From the IMG/VR virus record IMGVR_UViG_2917413769_000001, positions 1 to 42,056 of that record: a stretch of 42,056 nt of DNA; one strand, written 5' to 3'. The notes below the pieces were generated by a model. The model made no database searches, had not been told where the DNA came from, and saw only the letters and a list, made by a program, of their open reading frames with translations. Shown here piece after piece: positions 35,037 to 42,056 of this stretch. This stretch comes from a virus (Duplodnaviria > Heunggongvirae > Uroviricota > Caudoviricetes). Every line of letters begins with the position of its first letter. Positions within the stretch are counted from its first letter, which is position 1. Both the position numbers and the translations under genes were made by a program.

Positions 35037-37919
35037 ATGGAATTCTTCTACGTGGTTAAAGCCACTCAGAAATCTGGCAAACCAGATGCAGTCGTCTGGT
35101 TCACTGCGAAAACCGAAGCCCGCGCCAATCTTCGACTCGACGTTGCGCTGGAAGAGGCAGAAATCGAAACCGGTCGCGGGCAGGACTACAACAAACCTGC
35201 ACGTACTAATTTTCCGGTAGTTGATGATCTTCCAGAAGAAGGCGTTGTGGATTTAACCTGGTGCGATCGCTATGAGCTGAAAGAGGACGGCATCAACTGG
35301 GAAAAAATAGTGGTGGCCGAAGTACCCGCGGCGACGGAAGTCACCGCGAACGGCGGCGAAACCATTGACCCTGATCTCAGGGTTGATGCGGACGACGACG
35401 ATAAAACCGAATATCCGGTTGCAGAAATGGCCTTCAGCCGTCGACTGCTCTCGCAGTTCATCAGCGATGCGACAGCCCATCACATCAATCATTCTCAGCG
35501 TGTTCAGATTATCAAGCTGTCACAGGATGATGAAAACCACTATGTCCAAAACCTGCTTCTTGCGGTCAGAAATGTCCCCGAGCTGGAAAAGTTAAGTACG
35601 GCGCAGCTCTGGAAATTCACTGACGCAATCAAAACTGTTTTCCATACAGAAAAACGTCATGAGCTGTCAATCGTCCTCCGTTTCACCAGAATATGGGCTG
35701 CAAATGATTACATTGACCGTGGCATCCTGGCTCGCGAGTGGGCTGCCGGTAATCGCATCAGTAGCGTGCAGCGTACTGATTCCGGAACCAATGCCAACGG
35801 CGGTTACGTCACTGACCGTGGCGAAGGTGCACACCACACGCTGGATACTCTCGATTCAGAGATTGCCTGCGCCCTTCTGCCTATGGACTTCAACCACTTC
35901 GAGATCCCGGGCAGCATTCTTCGTCGCGCTAAAGAAATCGTGACCAAAAAAGAAGAGCCGTGGAAATCATGGAGCACCATTCTGCGCAATCAACCCGGCG
36001 TTCTTGGCGTTAACCGCACAGCTATTTTTAACCTGATACGTATCGCGCCGGAAAATATTCACCTGACGCCGGTTGCTCATCTGGAGTTCGTTAACCAGAC
36101 CATGACAGCTGAGTTCAATTCCGCGGTTGAGTTATTGCCATTGCATGAAGCTGAGCCCGCAACACAGGGTATTCCCCAACCTGAAAGTAAGGAGCCTCCG
36201 CGCAAATCCTTCTGCACTCACGAAGAGTACCTGAAACGCGTGTGTGAAGAAGGAGCACGCCGCCGCGCAGAGGAGGCGGCAGCACAACCACATAAAGCCG
36301 AACAAGAACTGGTTAAAAATGTCGGAAACGGAATATTCGACGTTACGGCTTTACTGCAGAACTCAGCAACTCATGGCACGAAAAAGGCTACGGAAACCAC
36401 CAGCAATGTGCAGGTTCAAGAAACTGTCAGTGATGAAAAACAGGTTGGTAATGAAATGCAGTCAGGCGAAAGCAGTCTGGAAACTGGTGAAGAGTCACAT
36501 CCCGGCCAGCAGGCCGATGTAAACCAAAATACGGAATCTGTCGCCCAAAATAGCGATTCTGTAAACCAGACTGAACCAGTTTTGGCACACGCCGAGCCAG
36601 AGGCGCAATCTGACGAACAAGCGGTTGTTTACCCCGCTTACTTCGAGCCTGGTCGCTATGAAGGTCTGCCGAACGAGGTTTACCACGCCGCCAACGGCAT
36701 CAGTTCCACCCAGGTAAAAGATGCGCGCGTTTCGCTGATGTACTTCAATGCGCGCCACGTTGAGAAAACCATCGTCAAAGAGCGATCCGCAGTGCTGGAC
36801 ATGGGAAACCTGGTACATGCGCTGGCGTTGCAGCCAGAGCAGCTCGATGAAGAATTTAGCGTTGAACCCGTAATTCCGGAAGGCGCATTTACCACCACGG
36901 CAACGATCCGCTCGTTTATTGATGCGTACAACGCCAGCCTGCCAGCGCAACTGAGCGCAGACGATATCAAAGCTTTGCTGGAAAAGTACAACGCCACCCT
37001 GCCAGCGCTGGTGTCGCTGGGCGCTGGCCTGGATGAAACGGCGCAGAACTATATGGCGCTGCCAGCTGAATTCCAACGTATCGATGCAGACCAGAAGAAG
37101 ACAGCAACAGCAATGAAGGCGTGCATCAAAGAGTACAACGCCACCCTGCCAGCGCAGATTAAAACCAGCGGCAGCCGCGACGCGCTACTCGAACAACTTG
37201 CGATTATCAATCCTGACCGGGTCGCGCAGGAAGCTCAGAAGCTGCAACCGCTGAAAGTCTCTGGCACGAAGGCCGATCTGATTCTGGCAGTGAAAGCTGT
37301 CAACCCGGAAGCCGTATTTGCCGACGAACTGATCGATGCATGGCGCGAAAACCCGGAAGAAAAAGTACTGGTTACCCGCCAGCAACTGAGTACCGCATTA
37401 GCCATTCAGAAAGCCCTTCTTCAGCACCCGACCGCCGGCAAGCTGCTGACTCACCCGAGCCGAGCCGTTGAGGTGAGCTACTTCGGGTTTGACGACGAAA
37501 CTGGGCTGGAAGTCCGTGTGCGTCCGGATCTGGAAATCGACCTGGACGGCGTGCGTGTCGGCGCAGACCTGAAAACCATCAGTATGTGGAGTGTTAAGCA
37601 GGAAAGCCTGCGCGCCAGGCTACACCGGGAAATTATTGAACGTGATTATCACCTGAGCGCGGCTATGTACTGCGAAACCGCGGCGCTGGATCAGTTCTTC
37701 TGGATATTCGTCAACAAAGACGAGAACTACCACTGGATCGCCATTATTGAGGCATCCGCAGACCTGCTGGAACTGGGCATGCTTGAGTACCGCAAAATGA
37801 TGCGCGCTATTGCAACCGGCTTCGACACTGGGGAATGGCCAGCGCCGATCATTGATGATTACACCGACGAACTTAACGACTTCGACCTGCGCCGCCTTGA
37901 AGCGCTGCGACTGGCTTAA
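35037..37919 (+). CDS. recE: RecE-like exonuclease VIII (C-terminal PD-(D/E)xK nuclease)
   Basis: 960 aa; N-terminal NFPVVDDLPEEG and DRGILAREWAAGNRIS...GGYVTDRGEG resemble RecE as recalled; C-terminal VRPDLEIDLDG...ADLKT nuclease motif; followed by RecT-like gene. Confidence 0.75.
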   Translation: MEFFYVVKATQKSGKPDAVVWFTAKTEARANLRLDVALEEAEIETGRGQDYNKPARTNFPVVDDLPEEGVVDLTWCDRYELKEDGINWEKIVVAEVPAATEVTANGGETIDPDLRVDADDDDKTEYPVAEMAFSRRLLSQFISDATAHHINHSQRVQIIKLSQDDENHYVQNLLLAVRNVPELEKLSTAQLWKFTDAIKTVFHTEKRHELSIVLRFTRIWAANDYIDRGILAREWAAGNRISSVQRTDSGTNANGGYVTDRGEGAHHTLDTLDSEIACALLPMDFNHFEIPGSILRRAKEIVTKKEEPWKSWSTILRNQPGVLGVNRTAIFNLIRIAPENIHLTPVAHLEFVNQTMTAEFNSAVELLPLHEAEPATQGIPQPESKEPPRKSFCTHEEYLKRVCEEGARRRAEEAAAQPHKAEQELVKNVGNGIFDVTALLQNSATHGTKKATETTSNVQVQETVSDEKQVGNEMQSGESSLETGEESHPGQQADVNQNTESVAQNSDSVNQTEPVLAHAEPEAQSDEQAVVYPAYFEPGRYEGLPNEVYHAANGISSTQVKDARVSLMYFNARHVEKTIVKERSAVLDMGNLVHALALQPEQLDEEFSVEPVIPEGAFTTTATIRSFIDAYNASLPAQLSADDIKALLEKYNATLPALVSLGAGLDETAQNYMALPAEFQRIDADQKKTATAMKACIKEYNATLPAQIKTSGSRDALLEQLAIINPDRVAQEAQKLQPLKVSGTKADLILAVKAVNPEAVFADELIDAWRENPEEKVLVTRQQLSTALAIQKALLQHPTAGKLLTHPSRAVEVSYFGFDDETGLEVRVRPDLEIDLDGVRVGADLKTISMWSVKQESLRARLHREIIERDYHLSAAMYCETAALDQFFWIFVNKDENYHWIAIIEASADLLELGMLEYRKMMRAIATGFDTGEWPAPIIDDYTDELNDFDLRRLEALRLA

Positions 37920-38629
37920 TGGAGGATTTGACCATGCAAAATACTAACATCATCACGACTGAGCAGGCTCCAAATACCATTTCTGCCAGTAACGCAGTAT
38001 TCAACGTTCAGGCTCTCGGGCAGTTGACCGCCTTTGCTGACTTGATGGCGCAATCAGCGGTAACCGTTCCTGCGCACCTGGCGGGTAAGCCCGCCGACTG
38101 TATGGCGATCGTCATGCAGGCGATGCAGTGGGGCATGAACCCCTACGCCGTTGCGCAGAAAACACATCTGGTTAACGGTGTGCTGGGCTATGAGGCTCAA
38201 CTGGTCAATGCCGTGATTGCCAGCTCAAACGCCATCAAGGGCCGGTTCCATTATCGCTATGGCGGAGAGTGGGAGCGCTGCACCCGCACGCAGGAAGTCA
38301 CGCGGGAGAAACACGGGAAGAACGGGAAATACAATGTCACCGAGCGCGTGCGCGGATGGACTGATGAAGACGAAATCGGCCTTTACGTCGAGGTTGGCGC
38401 CGCCCTGCGCGGTGAGACTGAAATCACCTGGGGTGAGCCGATCTACCTGTCAGGTGTTGTCACTCGCAACTCGCCGCTTTGGGTGTCGAACCCGAAACAA
38501 CAGATCGCGTACCTGGCTGTGAAGTATTGGGCCCGCCTCTACTGCCCTGAGGTCATTCTTGGCGTCTACAGCCTGATGAAGTTGATCAGCGTGAAGAGCG
38601 CGAAATTAACCCGGCACCACAGCGTATGA
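37919..38629 (+). CDS. recT: RecT/Bet-family single-strand annealing protein
   Basis: 236 aa; QWGMNPYAVAQKTHLVNGV resembles the Bet/RecT QYGLNPW region; start overlaps recE stop. Confidence 0.55.
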   Translation: MEDLTMQNTNIITTEQAPNTISASNAVFNVQALGQLTAFADLMAQSAVTVPAHLAGKPADCMAIVMQAMQWGMNPYAVAQKTHLVNGVLGYEAQLVNAVIASSNAIKGRFHYRYGGEWERCTRTQEVTREKHGKNGKYNVTERVRGWTDEDEIGLYVEVGAALRGETEITWGEPIYLSGVVTRNSPLWVSNPKQQIAYLAVKYWARLYCPEVILGVYSLMKLISVKSAKLTRHHSV

Positions 38630-39039
38630 GTCTGACCGAAATCGCCGATGGAAAAGCCGATGCGTCCACAGGCTCACAGGAACCAGTAGTGAGCATCGAC
38701 GCTATCGCCGATGGGTTCCGCGCACGCATCGAAACAGCAGAGACACTGGAATCAGCCTCCGCTGTCGGTAACGACATCAACGAAGCAAAAGCCACGCTCG
38801 GCACTGCGCTGTTCACCGAGCTGAAGAATAAGGCGACACGCCGCTATCACCAGGTTAACGCCAAAAACAAAGTTGACGCAGTGATCAACTCGCTGCCGCA
38901 GCCGGGTGAACCTGATGCTGCAGAGCGGTTCGCCGAAGCTGAGCGAACGCTGGCCGCCGCGAAACGCCATCTCGGCGACGAGCTGCACGACAAGTACAGC
39001 ATCACCCTCACGGATATGAAACCGGAATACGTGGGCTAA
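38626..39039 (+). CDS. Hypothetical acidic protein
   Basis: 137 aa; ATG overlaps recT stop (ATGA). Confidence 0.35.
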   Translation: MSLTEIADGKADASTGSQEPVVSIDAIADGFRARIETAETLESASAVGNDINEAKATLGTALFTELKNKATRRYHQVNAKNKVDAVINSLPQPGEPDAAERFAEAERTLAAAKRHLGDELHDKYSITLTDMKPEYVG

Positions 39040-39073
39040 AGGAGGCGGGAGGGTTCGCCCTCCCGGTAACGAC

Positions 39074-39418
39074 ATGAGCAAATCATTAAATGCACGTTGC
39101 ATCCGTCGATGGACTATTGAATTTAAAGGCCGCTGCGACTCGAAATACAGCCCGTATTGGCGCAAACGTGACCTCCGGGGTTATATCCGTGAAGCTGCGC
39201 TAACAACGGCTTCCTGCATGGTTGAGCGTATGGCAGAAGACAACGCCAAGTTTGACTATGAAGGCACAACTATTGGCTGGTCGCCAGAGTTTTCTGCCTG
39301 GTACGACGAACGCCGGGAACAGTATCTCAAAGAGGCACTAACTTTCCTCGATGAAGAAGCTACTACCGACGAAATCGACGAAGAAATACAAAACGAGCTG
39401 GAGGCCTGGAATGACTGA
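39074..39418 (+). CDS. Hypothetical protein
   Basis: 114-aa ORF with acidic C-terminus. Confidence 0.35.
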   Translation: MSKSLNARCIRRWTIEFKGRCDSKYSPYWRKRDLRGYIREAALTTASCMVERMAEDNAKFDYEGTTIGWSPEFSAWYDERREQYLKEALTFLDEEATTDEIDEEIQNELEAWND

Positions 39419-40058
39419 GCGCGGAATGATTTTCAATGTTCACCAGGTGCGCGCCCTGCTTGATGGAAGCATGGCGCAGGTTCGCCGAGTGATGAAATCG
39501 CAACCTGACGAAGATGGCCTGGCGAAATTAATCGATGGACCATGGATTGATACCAGCGAGCAAATTTATCTGTGCCCGTTCGGAACTGTGGGTGATCGCC
39601 TTTGCGTCAGAGAACCATTTTCACGTCTCGCCTCATTTAACTTTTTCAACCCTGCAGTGCCGCATGAAGTTCCAGATTTCTGGTATTGGGCCGATGGTGA
39701 TCCAGAATGGGGAGACTGGACTCGGCCACAATCTGGCGCAGTAATGCCTCGCGCCGCAAGCCGAATCACTCTGGAGATAACCGGAATCCGCGTCGAGAGA
39801 CTTCAGGCTGCTGATGAATCAGACTTGCTGAATGACCTTGGCGACATGCTTGAACACTGCGACACCGTAGCGGGACACGCCTTTAATCATGCCGAACATT
39901 ATGCAATCGCTGGCGTTTCGGTTGGGATGTGCCCAGAAATGCATGGCTTCAAAGCGTGGTGGGACAAGGTTAATGGCTCTGGCAGCTTCGACGCCAACCC
40001 TTGGGTCTGGGTAATCGCATTCAGACGGATCGATGGGGGTAACCATGAAGCTGATTAA
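39411..40058 (+). CDS. Hypothetical protein, possibly ASCH/PUA-like fold
   Basis: Start at internal ATG 39411 (GGAGG RBS); pattern MIFNVHQVRALLDG...GDRLCVREPF...WVWVIAF loosely resembles ASCH domains. Confidence 0.3.
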   Translation: MTERGMIFNVHQVRALLDGSMAQVRRVMKSQPDEDGLAKLIDGPWIDTSEQIYLCPFGTVGDRLCVREPFSRLASFNFFNPAVPHEVPDFWYWADGDPEWGDWTRPQSGAVMPRAASRITLEITGIRVERLQAADESDLLNDLGDMLEHCDTVAGHAFNHAEHYAIAGVSVGMCPEMHGFKAWWDKVNGSGSFDANPWVWVIAFRRIDGGNHEAD

Positions 40059-40299
40059 CCGCGGCAGCAAACAGTCCCCACTGGCGCACCGGGCATGCGA
40101 CATAGCACTGGCGACACATGCAGAGCGCTACGGCGACTACGGACGCAGCAAAATGAAAGAGACGTACACCGTCAGAGTGGAAGGTGTAAAGGTCTGGGTT
40201 GAGGTGGTGAACCGGAAGGCGAGCTACGTGGCCACGGCGATGACAGGTATGCGTCGGCTGCGCTCGTGCGGGCAGAGGAGAAATAATGATGACATCTGA
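40045..40299 (+). CDS. Hypothetical protein
   Basis: Internal ATG at 40045 with GGGGGT RBS; about 84 aa. Confidence 0.3.
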   Translation: MKLINRGSKQSPLAHRACDIALATHAERYGDYGRSKMKETYTVRVEGVKVWVEVVNRKASYVATAMTGMRRLRSCGQRRNNDDI

Positions 40300-40624
40300 A
40301 ATGGCAATTCCAGCGAAAAAGGCGGCTGAAATTCTGGATGTTTCAACCAGGACTATTTACCAGTTGATTAACTCAGGGCAGTTGGCCGGTAAGAAGATAG
40401 GCAATAAGTATCGAACAACCGCATCAGCATGCCTTGCATATTTGTATTCCCCGCAAGAAACTAAACAGGCGAACGCGGGTGATCATAAAGGAGATAATTT
40501 ATGTCAATCACCCTCAGAGGCGGTGTGTGGCACTGTCATTTCTTTACGCCGTCAGGAAAAAGAGTTAGACGCTCTCTTGGTACGGGGGACAAAAAGCAAG
40601 CGCAGGAACTGCACGACAAACTGA
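40286..40624 (+). CDS. xis: Excisionase (Xis/AlpA-type HTH)
   Basis: [31 protein letters not shown]; directly upstream of and overlapping integrase. Confidence 0.55.
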   Translation: MMTSEMAIPAKKAAEILDVSTRTIYQLINSGQLAGKKIGNKYRTTASACLAYLYSPQETKQANAGDHKGDNLCQSPSEAVCGTVISLRRQEKELDALLVRGTKSKRRNCTTN

Positions 40625-41664
40625 AGGCAGAGGCGTGGCGGGTAGATAAGATAGGGGATCTTCCGTCCAGATCTTTTGAAGAATGTTGCATCCGCTGGAT
40701 ACGGGAAAAAGAGCACAAGCGTGCTCTTGATGATGACAAAACCAAGATAGAGTTTTTTCTGCAACATTTTTCGGGCAGGGACATTTCGTCTATTACGGCG
40801 AATGATGTATACGGCGTCGTCGAAGGGATGACCAACAGAAAACATTATCAGAACTGGGTTAGCAGCAGGGACGCTGCAATCAGGAAAGGAAAGGAACCAC
40901 CGGAATACAAGCCAAAGCTGGTTAGCCAGGAGACAAGGGCACAGCATCTGTCATTTATGCGGGGTCTTTTCCGTATAGCTGAGAAGGACTGGCTCTGGAT
41001 AAAGGATGCACCTGTTATCAAGGTGAGAAAGCCAGGGAGCAAGCGTATCCGCTGGCTCACTAAAGATGAGGCCTCACGGCTAATCGAATGCGTTTCTGAT
41101 GATTTAAAGCCGGTCGTTACTTTTGCGCTGGCGACAGGACTTCGGCGCTCTAACATTATCAACCTGGAATGGCAGCAGGTCGATATGCAAAGGAAAATTG
41201 CCTGGGTAAATCCAGAGGACGCTAAAGCGGGAAAGGCTATCGGCGTAGCCCTGAATGATACCGCATGCAAAGTGCTTCGCGATCAGATTGGAAAACATTC
41301 CAGGTGGGTTTTTGTCTACACGAAAGCAAAACATCGACCTGATGGAACAATCACCCCCGCAGTCAGGAAAATGAGTCTCGGTAACCATAAAGGATGGGAT
41401 GCGGGTCTGAAGCGAGCCGGAATCGAAAATTTTCGCTTCCACGACCTGCGCCATACCTGGGCAAGCTGGCTGGTTCAGTCCGGTGTCCCGTTATCCATTT
41501 TACAGGAAATGGGTGGATGGGAATCGATTGAAATGGTCCAGAGATATGCGCACCTGGCCCCTAATCATTTAACGGAGCACGCACGGAAAATTGATCTGAT
41601 TTTTGGAAGCAGCGACACAAATACGACACAGGAAATAAGTCAGGCAGGATTGAGGATAGCGTAA
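40501..41664 (+). CDS. int: Tyrosine integrase, P22-like family
   Basis: 387 aa; catalytic-region motifs [14 protein letters not shown] and VQRYAHL; close resemblance to P22 Int as recalled; ends 16 nt from a tRNA gene. Confidence 0.9.
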   Translation: MSITLRGGVWHCHFFTPSGKRVRRSLGTGDKKQAQELHDKLKAEAWRVDKIGDLPSRSFEECCIRWIREKEHKRALDDDKTKIEFFLQHFSGRDISSITANDVYGVVEGMTNRKHYQNWVSSRDAAIRKGKEPPEYKPKLVSQETRAQHLSFMRGLFRIAEKDWLWIKDAPVIKVRKPGSKRIRWLTKDEASRLIECVSDDLKPVVTFALATGLRRSNIINLEWQQVDMQRKIAWVNPEDAKAGKAIGVALNDTACKVLRDQIGKHSRWVFVYTKAKHRPDGTITPAVRKMSLGNHKGWDAGLKRAGIENFRFHDLRHTWASWLVQSGVPLSILQEMGGWESIEMVQRYAHLAPNHLTEHARKIDLIFGSSDTNTTQEISQAGLRIA

Positions 41665-41679
41665 TTCATTGATTTATAA

Positions 41680-41756
41680 TGGCGCGCCCTGCAGGATTCG
41701 AACCTGCGGCCCACGACTTAGAAGGTCGTTGCTCTATCCAACTGAGCTAAGGGCGC
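41680..41756 (-). tRNA. argU: tRNA-Arg (anticodon UCU), argU-type
   Basis: Reverse complement GCGCCCTTAGCTCAGTTGGATAGAGCAACGACCTTCTAAGTCGTGGGCCGCAGGTTCGAATCCTGCAGGGCGCGCCA: 7-bp acceptor, D-loop GG, anticodon loop CUUCUAA, T-loop TTCGAAT, encoded CCA. Confidence 0.9.
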
Positions 41757-41786
41757 ATTACACCGCGAGATGCTGTAATCGCGTGA

Positions 41787-41814
41787 ATTATACGGTCAAC
41801 CCTTGCTGAGTCAA
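41787..41814 (-). promoter_or_regulatory. Candidate sigma70 promoter for the tRNA-Arg gene
   Basis: On minus strand: -35 TTGACT, 16-nt spacer, -10 TATAAT, then GC-rich discriminator about 30 nt upstream of tRNA 5' end. Confidence 0.5.
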
Positions 41815-42056
41815 TGGCTTTTGAACCGGTTGCTGAACAAGTGTACGGCGGTGTCTATTTATCTCACCATGAGAGCAAGGAAACACATATCCGCCCTCAG
41901 TCTGGGACAGGTAAACCTGTTTTCATTGATAAAGAGTACAATTTTCTTACGTTACGAAAAATTGTGCGTTTATATGAGCCGGGTAACTATCAAACCAGCA
42001 ACTCTCTGTTGCCAAAAAAACAGCGGATTACAGATAGTCCAGAAAACGAAACCTGA

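Larger units (their letters stand above)
1..41679. mobile_element. Prophage: lambdoid early/lysis modules plus contractile-tail structural module; left end outside window
   Basis: Continuous phage gene order from tail fiber at pos 1 through terminase, lysis, Q, nin, replication, cI/cro, recE/recT, xis and int; int stops 16 nt from a tRNA 3' end. Confidence 0.85.

Noticed and set aside
36850-37200. Three imperfect YNA(S/T)LPA repeats within the RecE-like protein
   Set aside because: In-frame protein-level repeats inside a well-supported gene; not an independent DNA element.
41814-42056. 80-aa plus-strand ORF immediately beyond the tRNA gene
   Set aside because: Its start overlaps the predicted tRNA promoter and I recognise no motif; cannot be separated from chance ORF in host flanking DNA.
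1-42056. CRISPR arrays or other long non-coding tandem repeat arrays
   Set aside because: No regularly spaced direct repeats with unique spacers were seen; the only tandem repeats are short and coding (TTCCTG x5; CTGCGCA motifs).

Overview
The window is almost entirely one prophage, integrated next to a tRNA-Arg(UCU) gene (argU-type) at the right edge; its left end lies outside the window. No searches were run: all family calls rest on motifs read by eye from the ORF translations, and many structural-gene products are assigned by gene order only. Layout: a plus-strand early-left arm (35.0-41.7 kb: RecE-like exonuclease, RecT/Bet-like annealing protein, four accessory ORFs, excisionase, P22-family tyrosine integrase); an immunity region (33.1-33.9 kb: CI-like repressor without a LexA-type cleavage domain, divergent Cro-like gene, palindromic operators); and a long minus-strand arm carrying replication, nin region (RusA, YbcO-like, Q antiterminator), a 1.1-kb non-coding Q-holin interval, lysis cassette, HNH endonuclease, terminase, head genes and a P2/Mu-like contractile tail and baseplate ending in a truncated tail-fiber gene at position 1. 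The candidates most worth follow-up are: (1) a stand-alone ClpX zinc-binding-domain homolog just upstream of the replication initiator; (2) a GC-rich accessory cassette between lysis and terminase genes (SAM methyltransferase, frameshifted GT9-like glycosyltransferase, GT42/DUF115-like protein); (3) an AT-rich two-gene lipoprotein moron on the opposite strand inside the baseplate module; (4) a tRNA-like element in the Q-holin interval; (5) a 36-aa hydrophobic peptide gene bracketed by imperfect direct repeats. Several genes are interrupted by frameshifts, at or near homopolymer runs in two of three cases, which may be sequencing artefacts or prophage decay. No CRISPR array was seen.
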